Shown: positions 7,858-16,153, counted from the first letter of the stretch. The stretch: DNA of 21,418 bases from Thermodesulfobacteriota bacterium (GCA_039715015.1 JBDLIE010000046.1:1-21418); one strand, 5' to 3'. The notes: generated by a model from the letters alone, not told the origin. Program-made: numbers and translations.

Positions 7858-8199
7858 ATGCCCCTTAGACATTTTCCGCAAGGCGTGAAGGAGTTTGCCC
7901 TTCAGGCCTATTCAAGACCCAAGGATAAAAGTCAGTTGCGTGAAACCCACGTTGCCTTCACCGGCACGCCGCAAAAGCATTATTATGATGCGGACAAGGT
8001 CATCCTGGTCACTGATGCCTTCAGCAGCAATACCTTTTATTATGAATTTCTGGCCAAGGATATCTCCTTTGTCGAAGAGATGGGCACCACCGTCAATATG
8101 GAGGGTGAGGCCCTGCCCATTATGCGCCTCTGGGTGAAGAAGAAAAGTATTGGTGTCCGCTGCACGCCTTTTGTGGTGGCAGATACCTTCACCCGCTGA
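7858..8199 (+). CDS. Conserved hypothetical protein
   Basis: Globular-looking ORF (THVAFTGTPQKH, DAFSSNTFYYEF, RLWVKK, TPFVV); start at ATG 7858 after GGTGA; no catalytic motif recognised. Confidence 0.7.
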   Translation: MPLRHFPQGVKEFALQAYSRPKDKSQLRETHVAFTGTPQKHYYDADKVILVTDAFSSNTFYYEFLAKDISFVEEMGTTVNMEGEALPIMRLWVKKKSIGVRCTPFVVADTFTR

Positions 8200-8435
8200 T
8201 TTTTTGCTAAGCATCTTCCCTGCCTTGCAAGGTTGTTAACTCACCCCTTTCTCCCCATAGATATCTCAGTTCCCCAATTCATGGGGAAAGGGGGGCAATG
8301 CGCGCCCCTCCTTTTTGCTCACCAACTCCTTTGCTGAGCTTTCTATCCTCTTAGGAGCATGCATCTTCTTGCTGCATCATTATTCCCCCTTGGCTGTCCC
8401 CATAATTTTTTCAATGGAGCAAAAGATAGAATTGC

Positions 8436-8574
8436 TTGCAATTATGCAATCGTTTCCTCTTTGCATAATTGCAAGGGCGCAAGGCGTGCACCGTCTCGAC
8501 CGGAGATGCGATGCTGGTAACTGTTTGGAATTAAAGGTGAAGGGTGTGGGAAATGCCTGTGGCATACAAAGTGT
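8436..8574 (+). promoter_or_regulatory. Sigma54 promoter P1: paired UAS, IHF-like site, degenerate -24/-12
   Basis: TTGCA-ATTA-TGCAA 8436; TTGCA-AGGG-CGCAA 8469; extra site 8461; IHF-like 8518; TGGCAT with GG 8561-N10-GT. Confidence 0.7.
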
Positions 8575-8641
8575 ATATGGAGATATCAAAGGACAATGAA
8601 AGAAGAAGTTTAAGAGTAACCTTTGCCACAGGGGAAAGAGC

Positions 8642-9079
8642 ATGAGCCATTATCTGATTTTCTTAGCGATTATTCCTATTGCCTGTTTTCAACTTGCAAA
8701 AATGTACGCACCCTGTCGCCTGTGGCTTCTTACTGGTCTGTCAGCCGGACTGGTCATTGCTCCGGTGAGTCAGGGCCTGGTTGAATACACTCTAATTCCT
8801 GTCATCGGTGGCTGCATAGGGATTATCGGCACCATGTTTAACCTGGTCCACGGGTCGGTGGGCTATTTCTTTCTGGCTGCGCTGGGCACGTTTGAGTCGG
8901 GCACGGTCTTGAACGCCTCCGAGCTTGCCCTGATGAATGTGATCAATGCCGTTATCTGGACGACCTACTACGGTGTTGTTGGCTACAGGATGGATCTGAG
9001 GTTTTCCAGAAAGGCGGAGAGCAAATACATCGCCGCTGCCGGCGCAAAGCTCAAGCACAGCGAAGAATATTTACAATAA
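8642..9079 (+). CDS. Integral membrane hypothetical protein (paralog A)
   Basis: Several hydrophobic segments; gap-free alignment to 10209-10628. Confidence 0.85.
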   Translation: MSHYLIFLAIIPIACFQLAKMYAPCRLWLLTGLSAGLVIAPVSQGLVEYTLIPVIGGCIGIIGTMFNLVHGSVGYFFLAALGTFESGTVLNASELALMNVINAVIWTTYYGVVGYRMDLRFSRKAESKYIAAAGAKLKHSEEYLQ

Positions 9080-9170
9080 TAACAAAGGGGTGGGGCTGGT
9101 CATATTCCGACTAAATGCACAGGGTATTGGTCTGCCAGGGGGCCAGGTGCGCCCCACCTGATGACCTGGA

Positions 9171-9218
9171 AAAGCGGTTTTCTGCAGCCTGCAACAGGGT
9201 AGATAGCCGCTTTTTTTT
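9171..9218 (+). terminator. Intrinsic terminator-like hairpin
   Basis: AAAGCGGTT...AGCCGCTTT stem with T8. Confidence 0.6.
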
Positions 9219-9245
9219 GCTCACAATCTGGCTGCCGGTTCATTA

Positions 9246-9259
9246 TTGCAACTATGCAA
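9246..9259. promoter_or_regulatory. Single UAS-type palindrome upstream of the PAS-HTH gene
   Basis: TTGCA-ACTA-TGCAA; no partner site at 33 bp. Confidence 0.65.
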
Positions 9260-9364
9260 TTCAATGGCGCAGAGCGGATGACGGCTATAAAAGCGCGAGG
9301 CGCTTTGTCTATAACGCCTCTAAGCAGAACAGAATATCAAACAGGATGAGTGGGGCCACAGGTT

Positions 9365-9952
9365 ATGAACGATGAAGATTCTTATATTTCTCCTGAAGAT
9401 ATCCTGGAGAGTCTGGCTGATCCTGTATTCACAGTGGATAACACCTTAAAGATCACCTCCTTTAATAAAGGTGCTGAAAATATTTCAGGCTTATCCCGCC
9501 AGCAGGCATTGGGACAACCCTGCGATACGATCTTTCGTTCCACCCTCTGCCACCATAATTGCCCTTTAAAAAAGACCCTTGCAAAGGGCAATTCAACACT
9601 GGTGAGCGGTGTTTTTATTACCAACCACCATGGAGAGCAGGTGCCAGTGCATGTCTCGGCCGCATTGTTGCGAAATTGCAAAAACAAGGTGATTGGCGGT
9701 GTTGGCACCTTTCAGGACCTCCGCCTTCTTAATGGAGATGTGGACAGTATGGAGCAGGCTGTCCAGGCCTGTGAGGCCCAGACAATTCTAACGGCACTCC
9801 ATAAAAACAATAACAATCGGGCCGCTGCCGCCCGTGATCTGGGGATCCATAAGAGCACCTTCTTCAGGAAAATCAAAAACCTGGGCATTGACCTGCCCCA
9901 GGCCGCTGGTCGATTCCGGTCCGGCGCCTCCCCAGGTAATTCTTCCCCTTGA
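9365..9952 (+). CDS. PAS(CX8CX3C)-Fis HTH regulator lacking the AAA+ domain
   Basis: ILESLADPVFTVD...CDTIFRSTLCHHNC...GGVGTFQD joined by a short linker to EAQTILTALHKNNNNRAAAARDLGIHKSTFFRKIK. Confidence 0.88.
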   Translation: MNDEDSYISPEDILESLADPVFTVDNTLKITSFNKGAENISGLSRQQALGQPCDTIFRSTLCHHNCPLKKTLAKGNSTLVSGVFITNHHGEQVPVHVSAALLRNCKNKVIGGVGTFQDLRLLNGDVDSMEQAVQACEAQTILTALHKNNNNRAAAARDLGIHKSTFFRKIKNLGIDLPQAAGRFRSGASPGNSSP

Positions 9953-9958
9953 CCAGTG

Positions 9959-10098
9959 TTGCAATTGTGCAATTCAAGCCCTGGGGATGCATTGCAATGG
10001 CGCAACATATTCAAACCAGGGGGAGAGATGTCTTGCTGGCTAACATGATGATTTTATAGAAATTAATTGGAGAGTAAGGGTGCTGGCACACTAACTGC
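9959..10098 (+). promoter_or_regulatory. Sigma54 promoter P2: paired UAS, IHF-like site, -24/-12
   Basis: TTGCA-ATTG-TGCAA 9959; TTGCA-ATGG-CGCAA 9992; IHF-like 10041; TGGCACACTAACTGC (GG 10085). Confidence 0.85.
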
Positions 10099-10208
10099 AA
10101 ACTTATCCAGTTAACCTCTTAAGGCATAGTTTTTGTTGAAAGAGGCCCGATAACGAAAATCAATTTCGCGTTTTACGGCATAGTAACCATTTTTGAGGAG
10201 GTAAGATC

Positions 10209-10628
10209 ATGAGCCAATATTTAATCCTTTTAGCGATCATCCCGTTATCTGTTTTTAATCTGACCAAAATGTTTATGCCCGGCAGGAGGTGGCTGCTGTC
10301 AGGCCTTGCCGCCGGCTTAGTGATTGCCCCGGTGAGCATGGGGCTTATCGAATTTACCTATGTTCCCATCATCGGCAAGGCCTTGGGGCTTGTCGGTGTT
10401 GTCGGCAACCTGATCCACGGGTCTGTGGGCTATTTCTTTCTGGTCAGCTTCGGCGGCATGGAGCCTGGTGTTTTGCTGACAGCTTCCCAACTTGTCACCA
10501 TTAACCTGGTAAACGCCGCTATCTGGGGCTCTTACTATGGCATGGTTGGTCATAATATTGATGCAAAACTTGCCACAGAAGAGAAGCCGGTGGAGGTCCA
10601 CGAGGCCCTGAAGCAGAAGGCAGTTTGA
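10209..10628 (+). CDS. Integral membrane hypothetical protein (paralog B)
   Basis: GAGGAGGT RBS; shares AGLVIAPVS and HGSVGYFFL with paralog A. Confidence 0.88.
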   Translation: MSQYLILLAIIPLSVFNLTKMFMPGRRWLLSGLAAGLVIAPVSMGLIEFTYVPIIGKALGLVGVVGNLIHGSVGYFFLVSFGGMEPGVLLTASQLVTINLVNAAIWGSYYGMVGHNIDAKLATEEKPVEVHEALKQKAV

Positions 10629-10715
10629 AAAAAGACGCATTTCCCGGCCCAGCAGATGCTTGGAGCAGGAAACAGGGAAAAACAAATTTTATTCTTATAA
10701 GAAGGAGAGCGGCTC

Positions 10716-10946
10716 ATGGTGGATTTTTCAGGTAGCAAAGTGAGAAATGATCAAGCAGCCCTTGATGGCAATTCACATCGGGCGGAAATGGGCGACGACA
10801 TGGGTCTGGCAGGCATAACTGTCGTCATTGCCCTGGCCAGCTTGATAGGTTTATGGGGTCTTAGCTGTCTGGCATCTGGACTGATTAAGAGCGGTGGCAT
10901 CATCGGTCTTGGCACTTCCTGGATTTCAGCTGTCTTCGGTTTCTAG
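10716..10946 (+). CDS. Small membrane protein
   Basis: AGGAG RBS; polar N-terminus, Gly-rich TM helix (LIGLWGLSCLASGL) and amphipathic C-terminal helix. Confidence 0.75.
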   Translation: MVDFSGSKVRNDQAALDGNSHRAEMGDDMGLAGITVVIALASLIGLWGLSCLASGLIKSGGIIGLGTSWISAVFGF

Positions 10947-11169
10947 GCCTTTCGTTTTCCTAAAGTGGTTGGTGGCATACCTGGACGTGCCTGCCTACAT
11001 GGGTGATGTGGAAAGATGTCTTCCTTCCGCGTCACCCTTCGTACGTCTGGACTGGCGGCACTTTCTAAGGAGTTTCAGGAGGTGGTTTCTCTTTTCAGCC
11101 CCCTTCATATCTTCCCCTGGCAGATTGAATTTCGTAGTGCTCAAAAATGAAACACGTCAGCCATGTTGT

Positions 11170-11211
11170 GACCACGGACAGAGTTGCAGATCTGCAACTC
11201 TGTCCGTGGTC
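11170..11211. repeat. Perfect 42-bp palindrome centred on a UAS site
   Basis: GACCACGGACAGAGTTGCAGA|TCTGCAACTCTGTCCGTGGTC, no loop, no mismatch. Confidence 0.95.
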
Positions 11212-11322
11212 TATGGTTGCGCATATGCAACCCTGCTTGAGGGAGGCTGGGCCTGGTTTCGAGTTTAATTGTTTGATATTAAAGGGCTTTTGAGAAACAC
11301 ACGCAGGTGGCACACATGATGC
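11184..11322 (+). promoter_or_regulatory. Sigma54 promoter P3: paired UAS, consensus IHF site, -24/-12
   Basis: TTGCA-GATC-TGCAA 11184; TTGCG-CATA-TGCAA 11217; TATCAAACAATTA (minus, 11266-11278) fits WATCAAN4TTR; TGGCACACATGATGC (GG 11309). Confidence 0.88.
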
Positions 11323-11407
11323 AATTTATAGTCGGAGAAGACATTTTGCGACCTGTGAGAAATGAGGTTTATAACTTTTTAAAAGAGTCCGAGGAGATCA
11401 TGCAAAA

Positions 11408-12511
11408 ATGAAAAAACTCAAGAAATTGACAAGACCCATAGGCTTCTGTTTTCTTTTTGTTTTTTGGCTGTGGCCTGCAGTGGGACTGGCAGTTGATAAC
11501 TCAGAATGCCTCGACTGTCATAGCGATGAAGGGTTGACACGAGAGACACCTAACGGCGGCGATGTCCAGGAAAGTCTTTTTGTCGATGGCGACAAGTTTA
11601 ACCACTCTGTTCATCATCTCAATGATATAGGCTGTGTTGATTGCCACGCCGATATTGAAGAGTTGGACTACGATGCAGACCTCCCCCACAAAAAAGATCT
11701 GGAACAGGTGGAATGCTCATCATGCCACGGGGAAGAGGCCGAGGCCTTTGCCAACAGTGTCCACATGAAAATTCGCAGCAAGGGTATCACCATGACCTGC
11801 TACGCCTGTCACGATTATCATTATGTCAGTCACCTGGCAGCCGCCTCGGTTGCCGAGCGGGAAAATAATTTTTGCGCCAAATGCCACAACCCTTACCAGG
11901 GCCATGATTGGCTGCCCAAGAAAGCGGAACATTTTGCCTTTGTCGAATGTACGGTCTGCCATGCCCCTGAGGTGCCGCGCCACATCCATCTTAAGTTTTT
12001 CGACCTGGTCACTAATAAATATTATAAGGGCGACGAGATCCTTGAAATTTTAGGGATCAGCGATGATGAGTTTATGGCTGTCCTCGACCAAGATAAGGAC
12101 GGCACCATTGGCAGGAAAGAGTTTGAGATTCTTGAGTTCATGCTGCGCCAAAAAAATGTGCATGCCATTTTCCATGTCGAGTTGGTGGCGGAAACAGAAG
12201 CGGTGGCCCACCAGGTAAACCGGGGCGTGGCTGAACGCAGCTGTGAAAAATGCCATACTGCGGACTCCCCTTACTTTAACGCCGTGACCATAGTTCTGGC
12301 CAATGAGGATGGCAGTGTCGACCACCACCAGGTGGAGCTCTCAGTGCTTGAGAGCTACAGCCTCAGGCATTTTTACCTCTATGCCGGCACCAGGGTGAAG
12401 CTCCTTGACATGATAGGCATTGTCCTGCTTGGCGGCGCGGCCTGTGGCGTGCTGGGCCATCTCACCATCCGGATTTTGACCATGCGCCTGCGCCGTAAAA
12501 AAGACAACTAA
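11408..12511 (+). CDS. Membrane-anchored heptaheme cytochrome c with EF-hand loop (CbcA-like)
   Basis: Signal peptide; seven CxxCH (CLDCH, CVDCH, CSSCH, CYACH, CAKCH, CTVCH, CEKCH); DQDKDGTIGRKE; C-terminal His-containing TM helix. Confidence 0.92.
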   Translation: MKKLKKLTRPIGFCFLFVFWLWPAVGLAVDNSECLDCHSDEGLTRETPNGGDVQESLFVDGDKFNHSVHHLNDIGCVDCHADIEELDYDADLPHKKDLEQVECSSCHGEEAEAFANSVHMKIRSKGITMTCYACHDYHYVSHLAAASVAERENNFCAKCHNPYQGHDWLPKKAEHFAFVECTVCHAPEVPRHIHLKFFDLVTNKYYKGDEILEILGISDDEFMAVLDQDKDGTIGRKEFEILEFMLRQKNVHAIFHVELVAETEAVAHQVNRGVAERSCEKCHTADSPYFNAVTIVLANEDGSVDHHQVELSVLESYSLRHFYLYAGTRVKLLDMIGIVLLGGAACGVLGHLTIRILTMRLRRKKDN

Positions 12512-12513
12512 AC

Positions 12514-12620
12514 GTAACGGCCCAGCAGCGCCCCATCTGTGTTCGAGCCGCCTTGCTCAGCTAGAAAGCTATTGATCGCCAGCCTGCTTGAACAGATCCG
12601 GAGCACTGCAAAACCGTTAC
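12514..12620. repeat. Long imperfect intergenic hairpin (MITE/REP-like)
   Basis: GTAACGG/CCGTTAC ends; inner GCAG/CTGC and ATCTGT..TCGAGC/GCTTGAACAGAT arms. Confidence 0.55.
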
Positions 12621-12685
12621 AACTTGAGCTGTTCTTGCACCTGAATAGTTGCAACTAAATTTACATGAGAAGAGGAGGCTTAGTG

Positions 12686-13303
12686 ATGAGCGATAACATG
12701 ATATACATTCACCCGGCGCCTGTCCGGGTCTGGCACTGGATTCACGCCGCAGGTATTGTGGCGCTGGTTGTAACCGGCTTTCAAATCCGCTATGCTGAGA
12801 TGCTGGCTATTATGCCCTTAAAGGATGCGATAACTCTCCATAATTATGTGGGATTTGTGGTAATAGCCGATTATTTCGTCTGGCTGTCCTTCTATCTTGG
12901 CACGGGTAAGATCAGGATCTATTTTCCTGATCTGCGTACCTTTGTGGCCAATGCCATCGGCCAGGCAAAATATTATGGTTTTGGCATCTTCAAGGGAGAT
13001 CCCAACCCCCATGTGATGAGCCCTGAAAACAAATTCAATGCCCTCCAGCAAAAGGCCTATTTGGGGTTGATGTTTCTCCTCCTGCCGGCCCAGATGATCT
13101 CCGGCGTTTTTTTGTGGCGGGTCAAGGGCTATGCCGATTACGTCCACTTTCTGGGCGGTATCAAAATTATTGATACCATCCATGTCATCCTCTTTTTCTT
13201 TTTCGCATCGTTTCTCATTGCCCATTGCTATCTTGCCACCTTGGGCCATACGCCGCTGGCCCATTTCAAGGCCATGTTCACCGGCTATGAGGAGCACCAT
13301 TAA
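12686..13303 (+). CDS. Cytochrome b/b6-domain membrane protein (CbcB/PhsC-like)
   Basis: RVWHWIHA, LHNYVG, KFNALQQKAY, IHVIL...IAHCY heme-b His pattern; GAGGAGG RBS places start at 12686. Confidence 0.92.
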   Translation: MSDNMIYIHPAPVRVWHWIHAAGIVALVVTGFQIRYAEMLAIMPLKDAITLHNYVGFVVIADYFVWLSFYLGTGKIRIYFPDLRTFVANAIGQAKYYGFGIFKGDPNPHVMSPENKFNALQQKAYLGLMFLLLPAQMISGVFLWRVKGYADYVHFLGGIKIIDTIHVILFFFFASFLIAHCYLATLGHTPLAHFKAMFTGYEEHH

Positions 13304-13337
13304 CATCTTAATATAGGGTCGGGAGCAGAGATCCCAA

Positions 13338-13377
13338 GGGGGCATTGACCCGTATAAGTCAATGCCCCCCCTTTTTT
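13338..13377 (+). terminator. Intrinsic terminator between convergent genes
   Basis: GGGGGCATTGAC/GTCAATGCCCCC stem then T6. Confidence 0.85.
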
Positions 13378-13391
13378 AGGGTTAATTTCCC

Positions 13392-15863
13392 CTATTCTTT
13401 CTTCTTCTTTTTCCCCACCGGAAAATCGATCTGATACTTCTTCATCTTGCGCCACAGGGTGGTTTTCTCGACACCGAGATGGGCGGCGGTCTTGCCCCGG
13501 TTGCCATTAAATTTTTGGAGGGCGGCCAGGATGGTGCCGGCCTCGGCGTTGGAAAGGGGGGTGGCAGTTTCGCCGGCCATGCTGGTTAAGGGCTGCTCAT
13601 GCACTGGATCTCTGAGGCCCTCGGGCAGGCAGTCCACGTCAATCTGGCCGCCATGACAGAGGACAAAGGTGTATTCAATGATATTTTCCAGCTCCCTGAT
13701 ATTGCCGGGAAAATCATGGCGCATGAGGATATTGATCACCTCGGCTGAGGCGGATTCAATATTTTTTTGCTTGAGAGTGTTGAATTTGTGGATGAAGTGG
13801 TCAACAAGGATAGGGATATCCTCCCTTCTTGCTGACAGGGGGGGGAGAGCGATTTTGATAACGTTGAGACGAAAGAAGAGGTCCTCGCGAAAGAGTCCCT
13901 CGTCGGCCAGCTCTTTAAGGTTTTTATTGGTGGCGGCAACCACCCGCACATCAGCCTTCACGGTTGTTGTGCCGCCCAGGGGTTCATACTCTTTCTCCTG
14001 GAGAACGCGGAGAAGTTTGAGCTGCAGGGCCGGCGAAATATCACCTATCTCATCAAGAAAGATAGTCCCTCCCTCGGCCAAGGCAAAACGTCCGGGTTTG
14101 TCCGCCTTGGCCCCGGTAAAAGCCCCTTTTTTGTAGCCGAAGAGTTCGGATTCAAGCAAGGTGTCGGGCAGGGCCGCACAGTTTAAGGCAACATACGTGC
14201 CCGGCCTTTCGGTCAGGTTGTGAATGGCCTTGGCAAAAAGCTCCTTACCGGAACCGCTTGGGCCCTCGATGAGAACGGTGCTGTCGCTTTTGGCGATATT
14301 GGGCAGGATGGCGAAGATATTCTTTATCTTATGGTTCTTGCTGATGATGTCCTGGAAGCTGTAGTTGTCGGTAATCTCCTTGCGTAACTCCTCCATGGCC
14401 GAGCAGTCACGGAAGGTTTCAACGCCGCCGATGGCAACGCCATCATCGTCACGCAAGGCTGAAGTTGTGACATTAATGGGGACCAGTTGGCCGTCCTTAT
14501 TGGTGATGGTAACCTTGAGGTTGGTCACCTCTTCACCGGTCTCCATGGATTGCTTGAGGACGCAGGAGTCTTTACAGATATTGGCCTTAAAAACGTCATA
14601 ACATTTTTTGCCGATGGCATGGCGCCTCTTGAAGCCGGTGATATGTTCGGCGGCCCTGTTAAAGGAGGTGATGAGCCAGTTCTTGTCCACGGTAAAGGCG
14701 CCGTCACCGATGGAATCAAGGATGCAGTCACTCAAGGAAAGCTCCTTGCGAAGCCCCTCAATGGCCGAGGTGTCACGGAAGGTCTCCACGCCGCCGATAA
14801 TCTCCCCCTCCTCATTACGCAGCACGCAGGTGTTAACCCGGATAGGAACCTTGTCGCCTTCGATATCCTTAATGGTGACCTTGAGATCATGAACGTCAAG
14901 GCCTGTTTCCATGGATTTTTTCAGGGCGCAGGATGATTTGCAGATATCGGCCTTAAAGACCTCATGGCATTTCATGCCAATGGCCTCAGAACGGTGGACG
15001 CCGGTGATGTCTTCGGCCGCCTTGTTGAAAGAGGTAATGACCCAGTCATGGTCCACGGAAAAGGCGCCGTCTGCTATGGAGTCGAGGACGCTGTCGCTCA
15101 GAGAAATATTCTGGCGCATTTTCTCAAGGGTCGAAATATCGCGGAAGGTCTCAACGCCGCCGATAACCTCAAAGTTTTCATTCCTGAGCACAGAGGTGGT
15201 GACCATGATGGGGATCTTGTCACCCTCGATATCCTGAATAGTAACCTTGAGATTGGTAACGTCGCGTCCGGTTTCAATGGACTGCTTGAGGGCGCATGAG
15301 GACATGCAGATATCGGCCTTAAAGACCTCGTAGCATTTTTTGCCAAGGGCATCGGAGCGATGGATGCCGGTGATCTCCTCCGCCGACTTATTAAAGGAGG
15401 TGATGCGCCAGTTCTTGTCCACGGAAAAGGCGCCATCGGCAATGGACTCCAGGATGCTGTCGCTCAGGTTATTCCGGCATTGTTCAGCGCTGCCTGAATT
15501 TTCCCGGAAGGTTTCCGCCCCGCCCTTGAACTCCCCTTCTTCATCATAAAGAGCCGTGCTGTAGGCAATGACCGGGACCTCTACCTCATGGGCTATTATG
15601 GCAATATTGTGACTGACGATCTTTTCGCCAAGCTTCAACGATTGCTTGAGGGCGCATGATGATTTGCAGATATTGCTTTGAAAAACGTCATAACATTTTT
15701 GGCCCACCACATCCCAACGCTTGATGCCGGTTATCTTTTCCGCAGCCCTGTTAAAGGAGGTGATATTGAAATCTTTGTCCACCGTAAAGGCAGGGTCAAC
15801 AATGGAATTGAGGGAGCTGATCGTGAACCGGGTGTCCGGCTTCGGGAGGCTGGTGTTGTCCAT
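13392..15863 (-). CDS. Sigma54-dependent activator, 4xPAS-AAA+-HTH (OrpR-like)
   Basis: Four PAS repeats each with CX8CX3C; GPSGSGKE, ESELFGYKKGAFTGA, FLDEIGD, FPGNIREL, Fis HTH; divergent from the ORP-like operon. Confidence 0.95.
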   Translation of the reverse strand: MDNTSLPKPDTRFTISSLNSIVDPAFTVDKDFNITSFNRAAEKITGIKRWDVVGQKCYDVFQSNICKSSCALKQSLKLGEKIVSHNIAIIAHEVEVPVIAYSTALYDEEGEFKGGAETFRENSGSAEQCRNNLSDSILESIADGAFSVDKNWRITSFNKSAEEITGIHRSDALGKKCYEVFKADICMSSCALKQSIETGRDVTNLKVTIQDIEGDKIPIMVTTSVLRNENFEVIGGVETFRDISTLEKMRQNISLSDSVLDSIADGAFSVDHDWVITSFNKAAEDITGVHRSEAIGMKCHEVFKADICKSSCALKKSMETGLDVHDLKVTIKDIEGDKVPIRVNTCVLRNEEGEIIGGVETFRDTSAIEGLRKELSLSDCILDSIGDGAFTVDKNWLITSFNRAAEHITGFKRRHAIGKKCYDVFKANICKDSCVLKQSMETGEEVTNLKVTITNKDGQLVPINVTTSALRDDDGVAIGGVETFRDCSAMEELRKEITDNYSFQDIISKNHKIKNIFAILPNIAKSDSTVLIEGPSGSGKELFAKAIHNLTERPGTYVALNCAALPDTLLESELFGYKKGAFTGAKADKPGRFALAEGGTIFLDEIGDISPALQLKLLRVLQEKEYEPLGGTTTVKADVRVVAATNKNLKELADEGLFREDLFFRLNVIKIALPPLSARREDIPILVDHFIHKFNTLKQKNIESASAEVINILMRHDFPGNIRELENIIEYTFVLCHGGQIDVDCLPEGLRDPVHEQPLTSMAGETATPLSNAEAGTILAALQKFNGNRGKTAAHLGVEKTTLWRKMKKYQIDFPVGKKKKKE

Positions 15864-15973
15864 GGCGTGCGTCCTTGAGGAAAAGGTCGAAACTTGCCGG
15901 CGGAAAGACAGTGTTTGAATAAAAACCGTCGTTTCGGGCGGAGAGCAGGCAGGTAATATTCACTGACGACACC

Positions 15974-16109
15974 TTGCAACATTGCAATTAAGGGTACTGT
16001 AATGAATTGCAGGTGCGCAAGCTTAGGTTTATAGGACTCAGCCGTTGCCCGTCTAACTATCTGTAATTAAAGGAGATAATAATTGGCCCGCCGCTGGCGC
16101 ATAATGTGC
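15974..16109 (+). promoter_or_regulatory. Sigma54 promoter P4: paired UAS, IHF-like site, -24/-12
   Basis: TTGCA-ACAT-TGCAA 15974; TTGCA-GGTG-CGCAA 16007; IHF-like 16054; TGGCGCATAATGTGC (GG 16096). Confidence 0.85.
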
Positions 16110-16153
16110 AAGATAGAAAGTAGCTATTTATAAACGTTATGAGGTGAACAGAG

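Noticed and set aside
7858..8199. Calling this ORF an inorganic pyrophosphatase
   Set aside because: I recall such labels on similar proteins, but no PPase catalytic motif is visible.
11400..11411. Mini-ORF ATG CAA AAA TGA overlapping the cytochrome c start (possible frameshift or uORF)
   Set aside because: SD is too close to ATG 11400; ATG 11408 gives a complete signal peptide.
12646..12657. TAGTTGCAACTA as another UAS
   Set aside because: Half-sites lack the 4-bp spacer; no partner site or -24/-12 box.
13447..15987. Many antisense/alternate-frame ORFs with repeated sequences
   Set aside because: Shadows of the PAS repeats in the activator gene; no independent coding signals.
8436..16020. 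TTGCA repeats as a CRISPR array or transposon ends
   Set aside because: Short, dispersed and always tied to sigma54 promoters; no spacers or cas genes.
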